Positions 9,645 to 20,048 of a DNA stretch of 61,923 nucleotides are shown here, piece by piece. Positions within the stretch are counted from its first letter, which is position 1. Each line of letters begins with the position of its first letter. The stretch comes from a virus. Taxonomy: Duplodnaviria > Caudoviricetes. Under the pieces are notes generated by a model. That model made no database searches. It had not been told where the DNA came from and worked only from the letters and a program-made list of their open reading frames with translations. The stretch is taken from positions 1 to 61,923 of IMG/VR virus record IMGVR_UViG_3300028284_000458; one strand, 5' to 3'. The position numbers and the translations under genes are program-made.

Positions 9645-10425
9645 TTATATATCTATACAATTCATTTGCAAACAATACATGTCCATCTCTACTTGGATGT
9701 GCAGGTGTATTTTTATTTGATTTCCATTCATCTTTTTCAAATAATGATTTATCATTAAATTCATGTAAAAATGATGAAATATTTTTTGAATCAAACTCCC
9801 AATATTTGGTTTTATCTATTAAATCAATTTTATCATATTCTTTAGAATATACCATAGATTCAAATGCATCAATCATTATATAATTTATATTATTATGTTT
9901 TAAATATTTTTGAAGTATCATTATAATATTTTGATTGTACATTGAATAATAATAATCATCATACATATCTGTTATGTAAAACTTTGTATATTCACTCATG
10001 AAAGATTGGATATCGTTATTTTCTGGATCATCTAATTCATCTTTTAAACTTTCTTTGATTTCGATTCTACTATCTGCGATACCGTTTATTCTATCTCTTT
10101 TCTTAAAATTAGAGGGAAAGAACGATGGAGTATCTCGTAACGAAGAAGTAAATGATATTAATACAAAATCATCAGAAGTTATTGATTCGCTGAATACCTT
10201 ATTAAGTATATCAATATTAGAACAACCATTTTCTCCTAAATTTAGATAATCACAATTAAACTTATCTGCTAGAAATTTTGTGAAAGAATTATTTATTCTA
10301 AATTTTCTCTGATGTTTTCTAGATTCTGCTTTATCCTCATGATTATCAAATATTTGTTGTTCGTGTTCTCTATCAGTTCCCAATCCTGCTGTAAAACTAT
10401 CTCCAAATGATACTATTCTTTTCAT
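9631..10425 (-). CDS. SGNH/GDSL-like hydrolase or acyltransferase
   Basis: FGDSFTAG, NLGxxGxSN, C-terminal HPSxxGH. Confidence 0.75.
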   Translation of the reverse strand: MKRIVSFGDSFTAGLGTDREHEQQIFDNHEDKAESRKHQRKFRINNSFTKFLADKFNCDYLNLGENGCSNIDILNKVFSESITSDDFVLISFTSSLRDTPSFFPSNFKKRDRINGIADSRIEIKESLKDELDDPENNDIQSFMSEYTKFYITDMYDDYYYSMYNQNIIMILQKYLKHNNINYIMIDAFESMVYSKEYDKIDLIDKTKYWEFDSKNISSFLHEFNDKSLFEKDEWKSNKNTPAHPSRDGHVLFANELYRYINEEK

Positions 10426-11270
10426 ATTTCTAAATATTTTACAAAATTATCAAAATCTAATAAATTATAATTAGACCAATCAGCTGAATCATACACTCCA
10501 TCTAAATCAGATAATTTAAACACGTTCCAATCATCTACTAGTACTATAGGAAATAATTTAGCAAAATGCTCAGTAACTACGTTTCTATGACATATTGGAA
10601 TTATTTTAAGATATAAACACTCCCACATCCTATGACAATCTATTCCGTTTCCTTCTGGACTTAAACAGAATTTGTATCTAGCTAAATCTTTAACGTACTC
10701 TTTAAACTTTAACCTTTTACTTTCAGTTAAATTTAACCTAACTCCTGCAGCATAACATAATGGTCTCCAGTATTTTCTCTGTCCTCCTATAATTTCAAAG
10801 TTAAAATACACCAATTCTGTTTTAGGTATATCGTTACCAATTACTGAATTGAAGTAATCCAAATCTCCCCACTCCCATCTACTATTAGCTAATCCTATAG
10901 GAATAGGAATTAATCTCTCATGAGTAGTATTTACATTTTGACTATATATTTTTTTAATATTGGGTATATCAAAAAGGATTTTATGAGCTTCATTAAAAGA
11001 ATCATCAGACTGATGAAGTATTAAATCAAAAGGGTTTTTGAATTTTTTAAGTTTATCAATGAACTCACTTTCAAGCAATTTAGGTTTAAATCTATTCAAA
11101 AGAGAACTATTTGCGTATACTAAAGAAGGGTTATTATAATTCTCAAAATCAAATTCATCGATATCCAACCATAAACTATCTACATTACTACTTTCGAAAG
11201 TTGTATGTTCTTTTTTACTAATCCCTACATGACAAATATCTTGCCATTTTTCTCCTGATATTATATTCAT
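10422..11270 (-). CDS. Exostosin-like (GT47) glycosyltransferase
   Basis: YKFCLSPEGNGIDCHRMWECLYLxxIPI motif. Confidence 0.75.
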   Translation of the reverse strand: MNIISGEKWQDICHVGISKKEHTTFESSNVDSLWLDIDEFDFENYNNPSLVYANSSLLNRFKPKLLESEFIDKLKKFKNPFDLILHQSDDSFNEAHKILFDIPNIKKIYSQNVNTTHERLIPIPIGLANSRWEWGDLDYFNSVIGNDIPKTELVYFNFEIIGGQRKYWRPLCYAAGVRLNLTESKRLKFKEYVKDLARYKFCLSPEGNGIDCHRMWECLYLKIIPICHRNVVTEHFAKLFPIVLVDDWNVFKLSDLDGVYDSADWSNYNLLDFDNFVKYLEI

Positions 11271-12040
11271 TTTTGAATTCTTTTATTTTCATCTATAATA
11301 AACTTAAAAATATTTAGATTCAATTTTTCTTTTTCTACAAATGATGATAGGGCGGATACATCCTTTGGTAAACACGAACCACCAAATCCCTTAAACTCTT
11401 TACTATAACCCAAATATTCATCTTCACCTACGTTTTCTAATAAAAATGCATTTAGTACTTGATTATAATCTACACCTAAATGGTTACTAAGTTCTCCATA
11501 TGTAGTTGAAAAGATAGTTCTTAAAGCTTTATAAGAATTAGAATAATATTTAGCGAGTTCTGATTCTGATGGTTTTACTTGTGTAACTGTTTTAGGATAA
11601 TGTCCATGAGAATTAACTACATCTAAATATGCTGATTTATGAGTAGTTCCTACGATAAGTACATTGTGGTTTTCTGTAAAATCCTCATACCCACATCGTT
11701 CTCTTAAAAATTCAGGTACATGGGCTAACTTTAAATCACTATACTCATCTTGTAGTTTTGCAGTAGTACCTGGTTGTGTTGTAGATTTAATGGCTACTGT
11801 TCCTTTATATTCATACTCTGATAATTTCCTTACTATTTGTTCTACTATTGAAACATCACACGAACCATCTTTATTTTGTTTTGTAGGAACACATATATAA
11901 ATTATATCACTACTTAGAGTACCCTCTAATGAAGATTCAGTTATTTTAATATCATAAACATATACCGAATGATTTAGTTTCTTAAATGCTTTTGTAATTG
12001 CAGTACCAACCATTCCATAACCTATAACCCCTACATTCAT
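11267..12040 (-). CDS. ugd: UDP-glucose/GDP-mannose 6-dehydrogenase (short form)
   Basis: GVIGYGMVG, CVPT, KST, PEFLRE, ExxKYxxN, GFGGSCLPKD. Confidence 0.9.
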   Translation of the reverse strand: MNVGVIGYGMVGTAITKAFKKLNHSVYVYDIKITESSLEGTLSSDIIYICVPTKQNKDGSCDVSIVEQIVRKLSEYEYKGTVAIKSTTQPGTTAKLQDEYSDLKLAHVPEFLRERCGYEDFTENHNVLIVGTTHKSAYLDVVNSHGHYPKTVTQVKPSESELAKYYSNSYKALRTIFSTTYGELSNHLGVDYNQVLNAFLLENVGEDEYLGYSKEFKGFGGSCLPKDVSALSSFVEKEKLNLNIFKFIIDENKRIQK

Positions 12041-12987
12041 ATAACCTTTTTTAAGTAATCAGATATTTTTTCATACGCATTGAATTCGTATGTTTTTCTT
12101 TTATATAAATATATATCTACCAAATTTTGAATATTTTTTAATGAGAATTCATCACTAATATCATGTGAGATCCCAAGTCCCATTTTTTCTATTAACTTTG
12201 CAGTTTCTATTATCTCAGATGAATCTGATTTATCATAAACACAGATTGGAAATGTGCCATTTTCTATACAATGAGTTAACATTCCAATTCCAGGTCTGAT
12301 TACAAATATTGAATCGTTATCACTATCACGTAAATCATTGGAAATCAGATAGTTATCTTTATATTTTTTAGAAATTTTATTAAAAAAGTTTGTATAGTTG
12401 TCCAAGTATGATAAACTTGGTTTTACAATTACAATTTTTTTAAAATTATTAGTTGGTTTTATTATCTTATATTCACACCCCCATCCAAATTGTATTTTAT
12501 TTGAATGTTTTCGTAATGTACCAGTTTCTACATACTTGTTGGTAATTATTCTTGGTGTGTTTTCTTGAATTAAATTAGAATCAAACGTACTTAATTCATT
12601 TGTACCGAATTTATTGAAATACACATCATGCCATAAAAAAGAACCCATTAAAATTATATCTTTTCTATGAAGTAAAAGCCCTGCTACATTATCACTCACA
12701 ACAACATCATAATCAAACAAATGAGTTTTGTTTTCATTTATCCAATCCATGTATTGTTTAAAATAAATTTTATTATTTTCAAGTACTTTATCCCATCTTA
12801 TATTTTCAATATTATAAAATTTAAAACTTATAGGAAGTTCGGATATTTCTTTATTAAATTTATCGTATTGATATTTTTCACAGAATATAGTTACATGAAA
12901 GTCTTCTAATAAATTCTTAGAAACTTCTACAACTCTTTTTAAGTGACCGTATCCATTTGAACATGTAAAAAATGCTATTGTTTTCAT
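12037..12987 (-). CDS. GT-B fold glycosyltransferase or nucleotide-sugar hydrolase (PseG/SpsG/GT28-like)
   Basis: N-terminal SNGYGHLKR, VVSD, RPGxG motifs. Confidence 0.65.
   Translation of the reverse strand: MKTIAFFTCSNGYGHLKRVVEVSKNLLEDFHVTIFCEKYQYDKFNKEISELPISFKFYNIENIRWDKVLENNKIYFKQYMDWINENKTHLFDYDVVVSDNVAGLLLHRKDIILMGSFLWHDVYFNKFGTNELSTFDSNLIQENTPRIITNKYVETGTLRKHSNKIQFGWGCEYKIIKPTNNFKKIVIVKPSLSYLDNYTNFFNKISKKYKDNYLISNDLRDSDNDSIFVIRPGIGMLTHCIENGTFPICVYDKSDSSEIIETAKLIEKMGLGISHDISDEFSLKNIQNLVDIYLYKRKTYEFNAYEKISDYLKKVI
12104..12112 (-). promoter_or_regulatory. ATATTTATA candidate late promoter (intragenic, upstream of ugd)
   Basis: Motif match 63 nt before ATG 12040. Confidence 0.3.
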
Positions 12988-13763
12988 TATAGTTTATCAA
13001 TATTCCAAACCTTCATCATTTCACCAACAACTGGCTCATAATAATCAACATAGTTTTTAGAATGATATCTAGTCTTTACTATTGTTTTGATAAGTTTATC
13101 AATCAAATTAGAATCAGATGAGTCTTTAAAATATTTATCTTTAAACTGAATCATTTTTTCTTTAGATTCAAATTCTTCATAATAAACATGTGTTAGCTGA
13201 TGTTCCTTTTGTATGGTGTGTATCATCTGTATTTCATATGTAAAGATACGTAATATGGTGTTCATCCATTCAATTGAAGGAGATACTTCTATAGGTAAAT
13301 GTGTTCCTAAGTATATATGTTCTGCTTCTATCTTATTTAACATCTTATCGTGGAATATTTTCATATTTTCAGGCGTCTGTGATTCCACATCTACAAACAA
13401 TCCCTCGTTTATTAAATGTTGCCACAATGGAAGTGATAATAAAACATTTTCTTTATTTTTACGTTCTAACATTATGATATTATATTCTTTTTTTAATTTT
13501 TCAAACCGATTGGTAGAGTATAAAAATGATATAACAACAGGATTGTTTAATAAAATAATATCGTAAATTCCATCCTCGTGTAATACTTGTGATTCAAATT
13601 GTTCTATTAAATTATTTTGTGTTTCATCAAAATTAATTTCTCCAATATAGTTATGTGGAAATTCCTCACCAATTGCACTTAATATAATACTTTTTAATTG
13701 TGTACCACCGGATCTATAATGTGATAGTATTATAGTTCCTTTTTTGCTTTTATCTATTATCAT
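12987..13763 (-). CDS. Sulfotransferase-like protein (Stf0/P-loop PAPS-binding)
   Basis: SHYRSGGTQL 5'-PSB-like loop; LxRxNxxxxxxS; late YYE motif. Confidence 0.55.
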   Translation of the reverse strand: MIIDKSKKGTIILSHYRSGGTQLKSIILSAIGEEFPHNYIGEINFDETQNNLIEQFESQVLHEDGIYDIILLNNPVVISFLYSTNRFEKLKKEYNIIMLERKNKENVLLSLPLWQHLINEGLFVDVESQTPENMKIFHDKMLNKIEAEHIYLGTHLPIEVSPSIEWMNTILRIFTYEIQMIHTIQKEHQLTHVYYEEFESKEKMIQFKDKYFKDSSDSNLIDKLIKTIVKTRYHSKNYVDYYEPVVGEMMKVWNIDKL

Positions 13764-13766
13764 AAT

Positions 13767-14597
13767 TTAAATTAATTTTGGTTGATACCATTCTCTAAAA
13801 TATTTATCCATAGCTCTGTATCCCTTTGGCGTTAGTAAATCTAAATCAGTAGGACATCCATCTTTTATTAATGTTTCAAGATAATCAACTCCAACTTCAG
13901 TTGTTATTCCATAATCACGACAATACTCACCTATCAGAACACCTGGTCCCATGATATCATAATTTTTATAATTTGGTATTTTTTTATTTATTTTTTGTTG
14001 TCTATAAAAATACATGTTTATCATTAAATCCATGGTATATGAGTTTGATAAAAATACACAATCGTTTATATTAAACATATCAAATTCATGAGGCATATGA
14101 CCACCATGTGTAGTGAATAGTTTATTATTAGAATATATTTCTTTAAAATATTGGTATGATGCAGAATTAGTTTTTTCTTGTTCTATCACAGGCCATGATG
14201 GTCCATTATGAGGATTAAAAATAACATCAGGTCTAGATTTGATAACTATATCATATTCAAAACCATTTTCTAGTTCATATTCACGTTTTAATAATATAGA
14301 TTGTGAAAATCCATAAAACAAGGAGCTCCAATGGTCGTTTCCATTAAAAAAATGTTGTTTTTTAGAATCTAATATTGATTTTTTAGGTTTGTAAGTTTGA
14401 ATAAATCTATCATATTCTTCTCTATTTATATCTCTATTTACATAATCAGCGCTGATATGTGTTCTATCACCACTATAATCCCATGTGTGTGTGAAGTAAT
14501 CTATTTCATGTCCACCATACGACCAATGATTTATTTGATTGGAGTAGGCGAGTTCCCAGTTACGTAACTGGCCACTTAAACAAACTGCTATTCTCAT
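13767..14597 (-). CDS. Putative glycosyltransferase (IAVCLSGQLR family)
   Basis: MRIAVCLSGQLR, HTW, YDIVIKSRPD motifs typical of GT-like proteins in viral and bacterial glycan loci. Confidence 0.65.
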   Translation of the reverse strand: MRIAVCLSGQLRNWELAYSNQINHWSYGGHEIDYFTHTWDYSGDRTHISADYVNRDINREEYDRFIQTYKPKKSILDSKKQHFFNGNDHWSSLFYGFSQSILLKREYELENGFEYDIVIKSRPDVIFNPHNGPSWPVIEQEKTNSASYQYFKEIYSNNKLFTTHGGHMPHEFDMFNINDCVFLSNSYTMDLMINMYFYRQQKINKKIPNYKNYDIMGPGVLIGEYCRDYGITTEVGVDYLETLIKDGCPTDLDLLTPKGYRAMDKYFREWYQPKLI

Positions 14598-15021
14598 TGT
14601 TAAAAGTTTTTAATTCAATTCTATGACTGATACAATCACCATAGATATTATTATTAGTTCTACTAGAATTTGCAGCTATTGCAAATACAAATGAATTACA
14701 ATACATAATATCTTCATTAAGATAACATTCACTACTGTGGCCACTATGGTTTATTTCTTGAGTAAATAGTACATTGTAGGTTACATCGATATTATTAAAA
14801 TATTTTGTGAATATCAACTCTTTTAAATTTTTAAACAATGATATATTGTTTAATATTAAGTGACCTGTGTAAAATTCATCATTATCTAATTCATGTTTTT
14901 TAATTTTAGTATAACATTCTTCAATTGTACCAACGTATAAATCAACATGAGGTGGAAACGAATAATTTAGTTCTTCTGAAATTATTAATGATATTTTTCC
15001 GTTGTAAAAATTAGTGTTCAT
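14560..15021 (-). CDS. Hypothetical protein
   Basis: 153-aa ORF packed in the operon. Confidence 0.5.
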   Translation of the reverse strand: MNTNFYNGKISLIISEELNYSFPPHVDLYVGTIEECYTKIKKHELDNDEFYTGHLILNNISLFKNLKELIFTKYFNNIDVTYNVLFTQEINHSGHSSECYLNEDIMYCNSFVFAIAANSSRTNNNIYGDCISHRIELKTFNNENSSLFKWPVT

Positions 15022-16300
15022 TAAGTATTTTTTTAATTAAATTATCCTTTATATTATAATTATTAATTAAATCAGAATTATGTTGTAATACCTCTTTCAT
15101 ATCTACAATCATATTAAACACGTTTTCAATAGGCATTTTTGAAATCTTAGTTGATATATCCATTACCATTTTAAGTCTTTTATATCCATTTATTTCATTA
15201 TCATATGATTCATCCCACCATTTTGAAAATGTTTTAAACCCATTTTTCTTCATTTGTTTTAAATGTTGATATGGTCCAAATTGAATTACAGGATGTCCAC
15301 AAAACATTGGATTATATGTAGAACTATGTAAATGACATGCATTTTCTTGAAATGGAAATGCACACATTACCAAACTTATAAGAGAGTTCTTATAATGTAT
15401 TGGGTCAAATGGTAAATCTGCATTAAACATACCTACTTCATGACCAGGATCACCAACATTTGTTTCATCTGTAACATCTATGTGAAATGGTGTCTTTGAA
15501 CGTAGTGAGTTTATATTATCGGTTGTTGTTAAATTCTCAAAAATACTAGCGGCTACTGTGTGTTCACCCATATCTTGGAATTGTGGAAAACTTACTAAAC
15601 TATTTTCTAATATATTGTTCTTATTCATGTGTAACATAAATAAATTACGTTCCCATCTATCGGTTCTGTTAACCTTTAAAAAATGTTTTATATTATGTAA
15701 GTTATCCTTTTTATATTTTAATTCATCTTCCATGATTATACTATCAGGTAAACATGGTATTTTTTTTAATCGTTGAATATCATGGACATTGTACATAAAT
15801 GAAAATAGGTTTATATATTTTCTAATATTATTACTACTCTTCCATTTTTCATGAGTTGATTCTGCTAATAAATTGTTAGTTACAAAATATAATTTATCTG
15901 CTGGTAGATTTAACTCATCAATTGATTTATATATTATATTTAAAAACTGATTATATGGTGCACCTTCCATTGTATCATCAAACACTAATTTACCATATCC
16001 ATTACGAACATTATCTAATATGATTTTTGGAATTTTATTTATATGCTTAGCCCATAAATTTGTATTATGATGAACACATACAAAATATATAAATGGTTCT
16101 TTAAAATCAAATTCTTTCACATGTACTGCATCTGTACCGAATGTATTAGGCAAACTTGAATGTGAAAACAATGGTCTATTTATCAAAATTCCCCTATTAT
16201 CAAGTTCTTTAATTTCACTCACATCATCATATAACTTTAAAATAGATTCAGAGGCATCATGCATACTACATTGATTAAATGCATCAATTACGTGTTTCAT
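15011..16300 (-). CDS. Putative glycosyltransferase-like phage protein (GT-B/GT10-like C-terminus)
   Basis: NRxxRxxR and P...G....L..MK..GFKTFSKWWDESYD motifs. Confidence 0.55.
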   Translation of the reverse strand: MKHVIDAFNQCSMHDASESILKLYDDVSEIKELDNRGILINRPLFSHSSLPNTFGTDAVHVKEFDFKEPFIYFVCVHHNTNLWAKHINKIPKIILDNVRNGYGKLVFDDTMEGAPYNQFLNIIYKSIDELNLPADKLYFVTNNLLAESTHEKWKSSNNIRKYINLFSFMYNVHDIQRLKKIPCLPDSIIMEDELKYKKDNLHNIKHFLKVNRTDRWERNLFMLHMNKNNILENSLVSFPQFQDMGEHTVAASIFENLTTTDNINSLRSKTPFHIDVTDETNVGDPGHEVGMFNADLPFDPIHYKNSLISLVMCAFPFQENACHLHSSTYNPMFCGHPVIQFGPYQHLKQMKKNGFKTFSKWWDESYDNEINGYKRLKMVMDISTKISKMPIENVFNMIVDMKEVLQHNSDLINNYNIKDNLIKKILNEH

Positions 16301-17034
16301 AGTAGTTTATGTATTTTATTTGCAATTAATTTACATTGTTCTATGTTCGGATGACTTGTATAATCAATTTCATCCTCTGGAATAAAAATCTCTATAATAT
16401 TAGAATAATCAATTTTATTTATTAATCCTTCTAAATCATTAAAATATGTTTTACTCTGTATTGTACCTTTCCAAACTATGAATTTATAATCAAATCCTTC
16501 AGTTTTTAGAAATGATTGTAAAGATATAATATTTACTAAATGATTAATCATTTGATCCTTTTCTAAGTTTTTATCTAATTTTATTAAAGATTCATAATAT
16601 TTAGAATAATGATAAAGTGGTAGTTGGTATTCCTCTTTTTTATATAATTCATCTATTTGAATACGTGATAACTTATCTAGGTGGTTGTATGGTGATTTGG
16701 CTCTTCTCCATGAACCAATTTTAGAATTAAATTCACCCATTTTTCTACCGATATCAGCAGGTGTGATGTTAACTGTCATTCCATCAATTAGAAAACCATA
16801 ACGTGGTGGCCATGTTAATCCAATAATTACCAAAGTAGATGATGCATCAAACTTAGATAAATGACTTATACTATTTAATTTTATATTATCTAATGATTGC
16901 CCGTTTGCTGCTAAACTATTCATAGGTACTCCAAGTAAATTCGATAACAATACTGGCCAAGTATTTTCATCTAATAGTTCATGCCCTGCCGTATAACTAC
17001 ATCCGTTTACATATATGTTTTTATATTCTTTCAT
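16297..17034 (-). CDS. SGNH/GDSL-like protein
   Basis: NGCSYTAG, GxS, C-terminal SHP; start at MKEYK (ATGA overlap). Confidence 0.7.
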   Translation of the reverse strand: MKEYKNIYVNGCSYTAGHELLDENTWPVLLSNLLGVPMNSLAANGQSLDNIKLNSISHLSKFDASSTLVIIGLTWPPRYGFLIDGMTVNITPADIGRKMGEFNSKIGSWRRAKSPYNHLDKLSRIQIDELYKKEEYQLPLYHYSKYYESLIKLDKNLEKDQMINHLVNIISLQSFLKTEGFDYKFIVWKGTIQSKTYFNDLEGLINKIDYSNIIEIFIPEDEIDYTSHPNIEQCKLIANKIHKLL

Positions 17035-17855
17035 ATATGTAATTTTAAATAATTTGCCCACTTCTGATGTGATAGCTCAGTTGGGTGATGATTATCAAAT
17101 AAATCAACTTGCTTATGTTCTTTTAGTGTTGTGAGTATAAATTCTTTAAATGTTATATCTAGAAAATTACTCTCACGTAACTTTATGTATTGTTTTTTTA
17201 TTTGAAGATTTTCTGATGAAAATGGTATTCTTTTAATAGCTTTTATTAAATTAACACTATCCAATATACCATGTTTCGATGGGTCATTTGTTGCTTCAAA
17301 TGTTTCATAGAATGCATCAAAAAATATATGTTTTATATTATGTGAATTTAAATAAGTATGTATATTGATATTTTGAATTAAGTATCTCATAATATACTCT
17401 TCTTGATTCCAAAAATAAGTAGTATATAATTTGGTAAATTCTTCAAATCCATTAGATGGTGTATGGATAGCAGGTGATGCTGGATATATAGTTTCCCACC
17501 TACCTGAATCAGATTCATTCATTATATCTCTATAATAGAAATCCTTTCTTTCAGGAGAAGTCCATCCTACTATTACAAAAATTTCATCTGCATTATATTT
17601 TTCTAATAAATTTCCAACTTGTGATATTACTCTTTTTTCTATACCATCATTAGATGAACCTGCATGTGAAGTATTACGTACCTCAATGTTAGTTAGTTTT
17701 GATAACTTATCTGGCCATACTTTTGGTAATCGGTATGCATCATTATCTCTGTGGTCAATATTTGTGATACCACGTGCTTCTAATTTAGGATCTATTATAT
17801 CACCAGCTGTCCAACTATCTCCCTCGGTTAGTATTATCTTTATATTATTATTCAT
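17031..17855 (-). CDS. SGNH/GDSL-like protein
   Basis: GDSWTAG, GSSN, GWTSPER, HHPTELSH; start at MNNNIK. Confidence 0.7.
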   Translation of the reverse strand: MNNNIKIILTEGDSWTAGDIIDPKLEARGITNIDHRDNDAYRLPKVWPDKLSKLTNIEVRNTSHAGSSNDGIEKRVISQVGNLLEKYNADEIFVIVGWTSPERKDFYYRDIMNESDSGRWETIYPASPAIHTPSNGFEEFTKLYTTYFWNQEEYIMRYLIQNINIHTYLNSHNIKHIFFDAFYETFEATNDPSKHGILDSVNLIKAIKRIPFSSENLQIKKQYIKLRESNFLDITFKEFILTTLKEHKQVDLFDNHHPTELSHQKWANYLKLHI

Positions 17856-18618
17856 TATCAACCCATTCGTTTTTGAATAAAACAGGGTGGAATCCATTAC
17901 CAGACATATCCATTAATTTATAATACGTTCGTTTTGAAAAATCAGTAGAAAATACATTTCTTAAACCACTAGTACCATACTCATATGCCTTTTTTAACCA
18001 AGAATTATAATCAGTAAAAAACTCAGTCCAACTCAACTCATCTGCCGTACTAAGTTGAATACTTATTTTTGAAATATCTCCACAGAATATTGATTGATGG
18101 GTTTCTGCTATTAATGTTGCACAACCTATCCATGTGTAAGAATCTGAATAATCAATTATATTATCATAGTTCATTTTTTCAGAAAGCTCAGATTTAGTTT
18201 CTATTAATGTAAATTCTTTCCTATTAAGGTTGTGATTTAAAACAATATCATAATATCTATCTTCTTCAATCTCCCCATTATTGAAATCCCAATTTAAATC
18301 GAACTCCATACGTTTTTCCACATCCGTTCCTGTTTCGATATCATGTGACCAAAAAACCCATCCTATTTTTTTATAAATCAAACCATTATCTCCTCTATAT
18401 CCGTTATGAAATATTCCAGCATGTTTACCATTCTTTGCAATTACTGCTCCATTGTATACACCTGTTTCTTCTATAATTTTATTTATTTTTTTTGTATCTG
18501 GTTTAAATCTACAATATATAGAAAAATCTCCCTTAAGTAAATCTTGCATATTATAGTTAACTAAATTGTATTTATCTCCGTTTGCAAAGAAAAATATATT
18601 ATTTTTATCTATTATCAT
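17848..18618 (-). CDS. Stand-alone LamG/ConA-like lectin-fold protein
   Basis: FSIYCRFKP, WIGC...FxGDI, DMSGNGFH; resembles the inserts in the two GT7 genes. Confidence 0.6.
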   Translation of the reverse strand: MIIDKNNIFFFANGDKYNLVNYNMQDLLKGDFSIYCRFKPDTKKINKIIEETGVYNGAVIAKNGKHAGIFHNGYRGDNGLIYKKIGWVFWSHDIETGTDVEKRMEFDLNWDFNNGEIEEDRYYDIVLNHNLNRKEFTLIETKSELSEKMNYDNIIDYSDSYTWIGCATLIAETHQSIFCGDISKISIQLSTADELSWTEFFTDYNSWLKKAYEYGTSGLRNVFSTDFSKRTYYKLMDMSGNGFHPVLFKNEWVDNE

Positions 18619-20048
18619 AATTTTATAGTTTGTGTATGTTCGTAAAAATCTGCTAGTTCTGGATAAACTTCTTTAAAATTAGTTTCTCTACGTCTATCAT
18701 GTTCTTTAAAGAACACCCCAAAATCACGTCTTTGTTTTAACAGCTCCTCTTCGTTTCTATCGGTAAGCATCCAATCATATGTTCTTTTTACTTTTTGTAT
18801 CTCAACATCAGAATATCCCACATGTACATGTTCAAATTTTGGAATACCAAGGTAATCCATGTGTCTTGCAGCATCTTTTATTTTTATAGCCCATTCTTCT
18901 GGTAAAACTTTTACAGTTTGGTGTTTAGGATATCGTAAATAAGATGTATCTAAAAATACTGCAGAGTTCCAATATCTATCACTCGAAGTATATTTCATCT
19001 TTAAATCATAAATATAATCTATTAATTCTTTATAACTTGGTACTGATAGTGCATTAAAGGTTGACATTACCGTGATGCTAACTCGCTTACAACTTGCAAG
19101 AATTTTATTTACATTTTTATCAAATTGTTCCCAATTCAATCCGTTTCTAATGTACTCTGCTTGTGCACCAAATCCATCAACAGATGTAAATATAATAAAT
19201 TCTTCTACAAGTTCCCTATCTTCAATTGCTTGAATTTTTTCTATTAATCTATCAACCAATTTATCAGGAATTCCTAAATTAGAATTTATTGCTAATCTTA
19301 ATTTTTTGTTTGGATTGGGTTCGTTTATAATATAATCCAATACTCCCCACGTATCCTTACTCATAAGTGGTTCTCCACCTGTAATTCTGAATGTATGTAA
19401 ATCTCTATATAAATCTGGCCACCATTTCCAAAATGCTTCTACATATGGATTGTGTTCTGTATGTAATATAGGAACTTTTCCTTCTCCAATCAATCCATCC
19501 AAATCATTAAATTTATCAAGTGTTGGATATGCTCCTTCTGCTTTTACTTCTTGCATCCATGCTGATGAAAAAGAAGGTCCACAATATGAACATTTAAAGT
19601 TACAAGCGTTTGAGAATGCAACTTCTACGTATTTAGGATTGTAATCTCCCCTCCAACCCAAATCTTTAATTTCTTGCATGTGTGGAAGTGACCAAGATTC
19701 TGCTGATTTAAATACCCTATCTGAAAACTGAGGTGATGCATCTTCAACATCCCAACAATAATGACATTCTTCAGGCCTTCCACCTTCTAACATTTCTTTA
19801 CGAATACGTTTTTTATAACGTGTATTATGTAATGCAGAAGGGTTTCGTTTTATCTCACTTTCATTTATCTTATGTGTTGTTGGGTGATGACAAGAATGAG
19901 TATGTCCCATTTGTAAGTGAATTGTAACTTGTGTCCACTTAGCTAAACAGAATCCACATCCTTGTGCATCAAGTTCTTTCTTAGTATTAAGATAGATTGG
20001 ATTGTTAGCAAAAGCTAAAGAAGGATCCTTTTTTGGTGTTTCACTCAT
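18615..20048 (-). CDS. Radical SAM protein with N-terminal twitch domain
   Basis: N-terminal CLAKW..SCHH..CHYCW, then CNFKCSYC, TGGEPL, SVDG. Confidence 0.85.
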   Translation of the reverse strand: MSETPKKDPSLAFANNPIYLNTKKELDAQGCGFCLAKWTQVTIHLQMGHTHSCHHPTTHKINESEIKRNPSALHNTRYKKRIRKEMLEGGRPEECHYCWDVEDASPQFSDRVFKSAESWSLPHMQEIKDLGWRGDYNPKYVEVAFSNACNFKCSYCGPSFSSAWMQEVKAEGAYPTLDKFNDLDGLIGEGKVPILHTEHNPYVEAFWKWWPDLYRDLHTFRITGGEPLMSKDTWGVLDYIINEPNPNKKLRLAINSNLGIPDKLVDRLIEKIQAIEDRELVEEFIIFTSVDGFGAQAEYIRNGLNWEQFDKNVNKILASCKRVSITVMSTFNALSVPSYKELIDYIYDLKMKYTSSDRYWNSAVFLDTSYLRYPKHQTVKVLPEEWAIKIKDAARHMDYLGIPKFEHVHVGYSDVEIQKVKRTYDWMLTDRNEEELLKQRRDFGVFFKEHDRRRETNFKEVYPELADFYEHTQTIKL

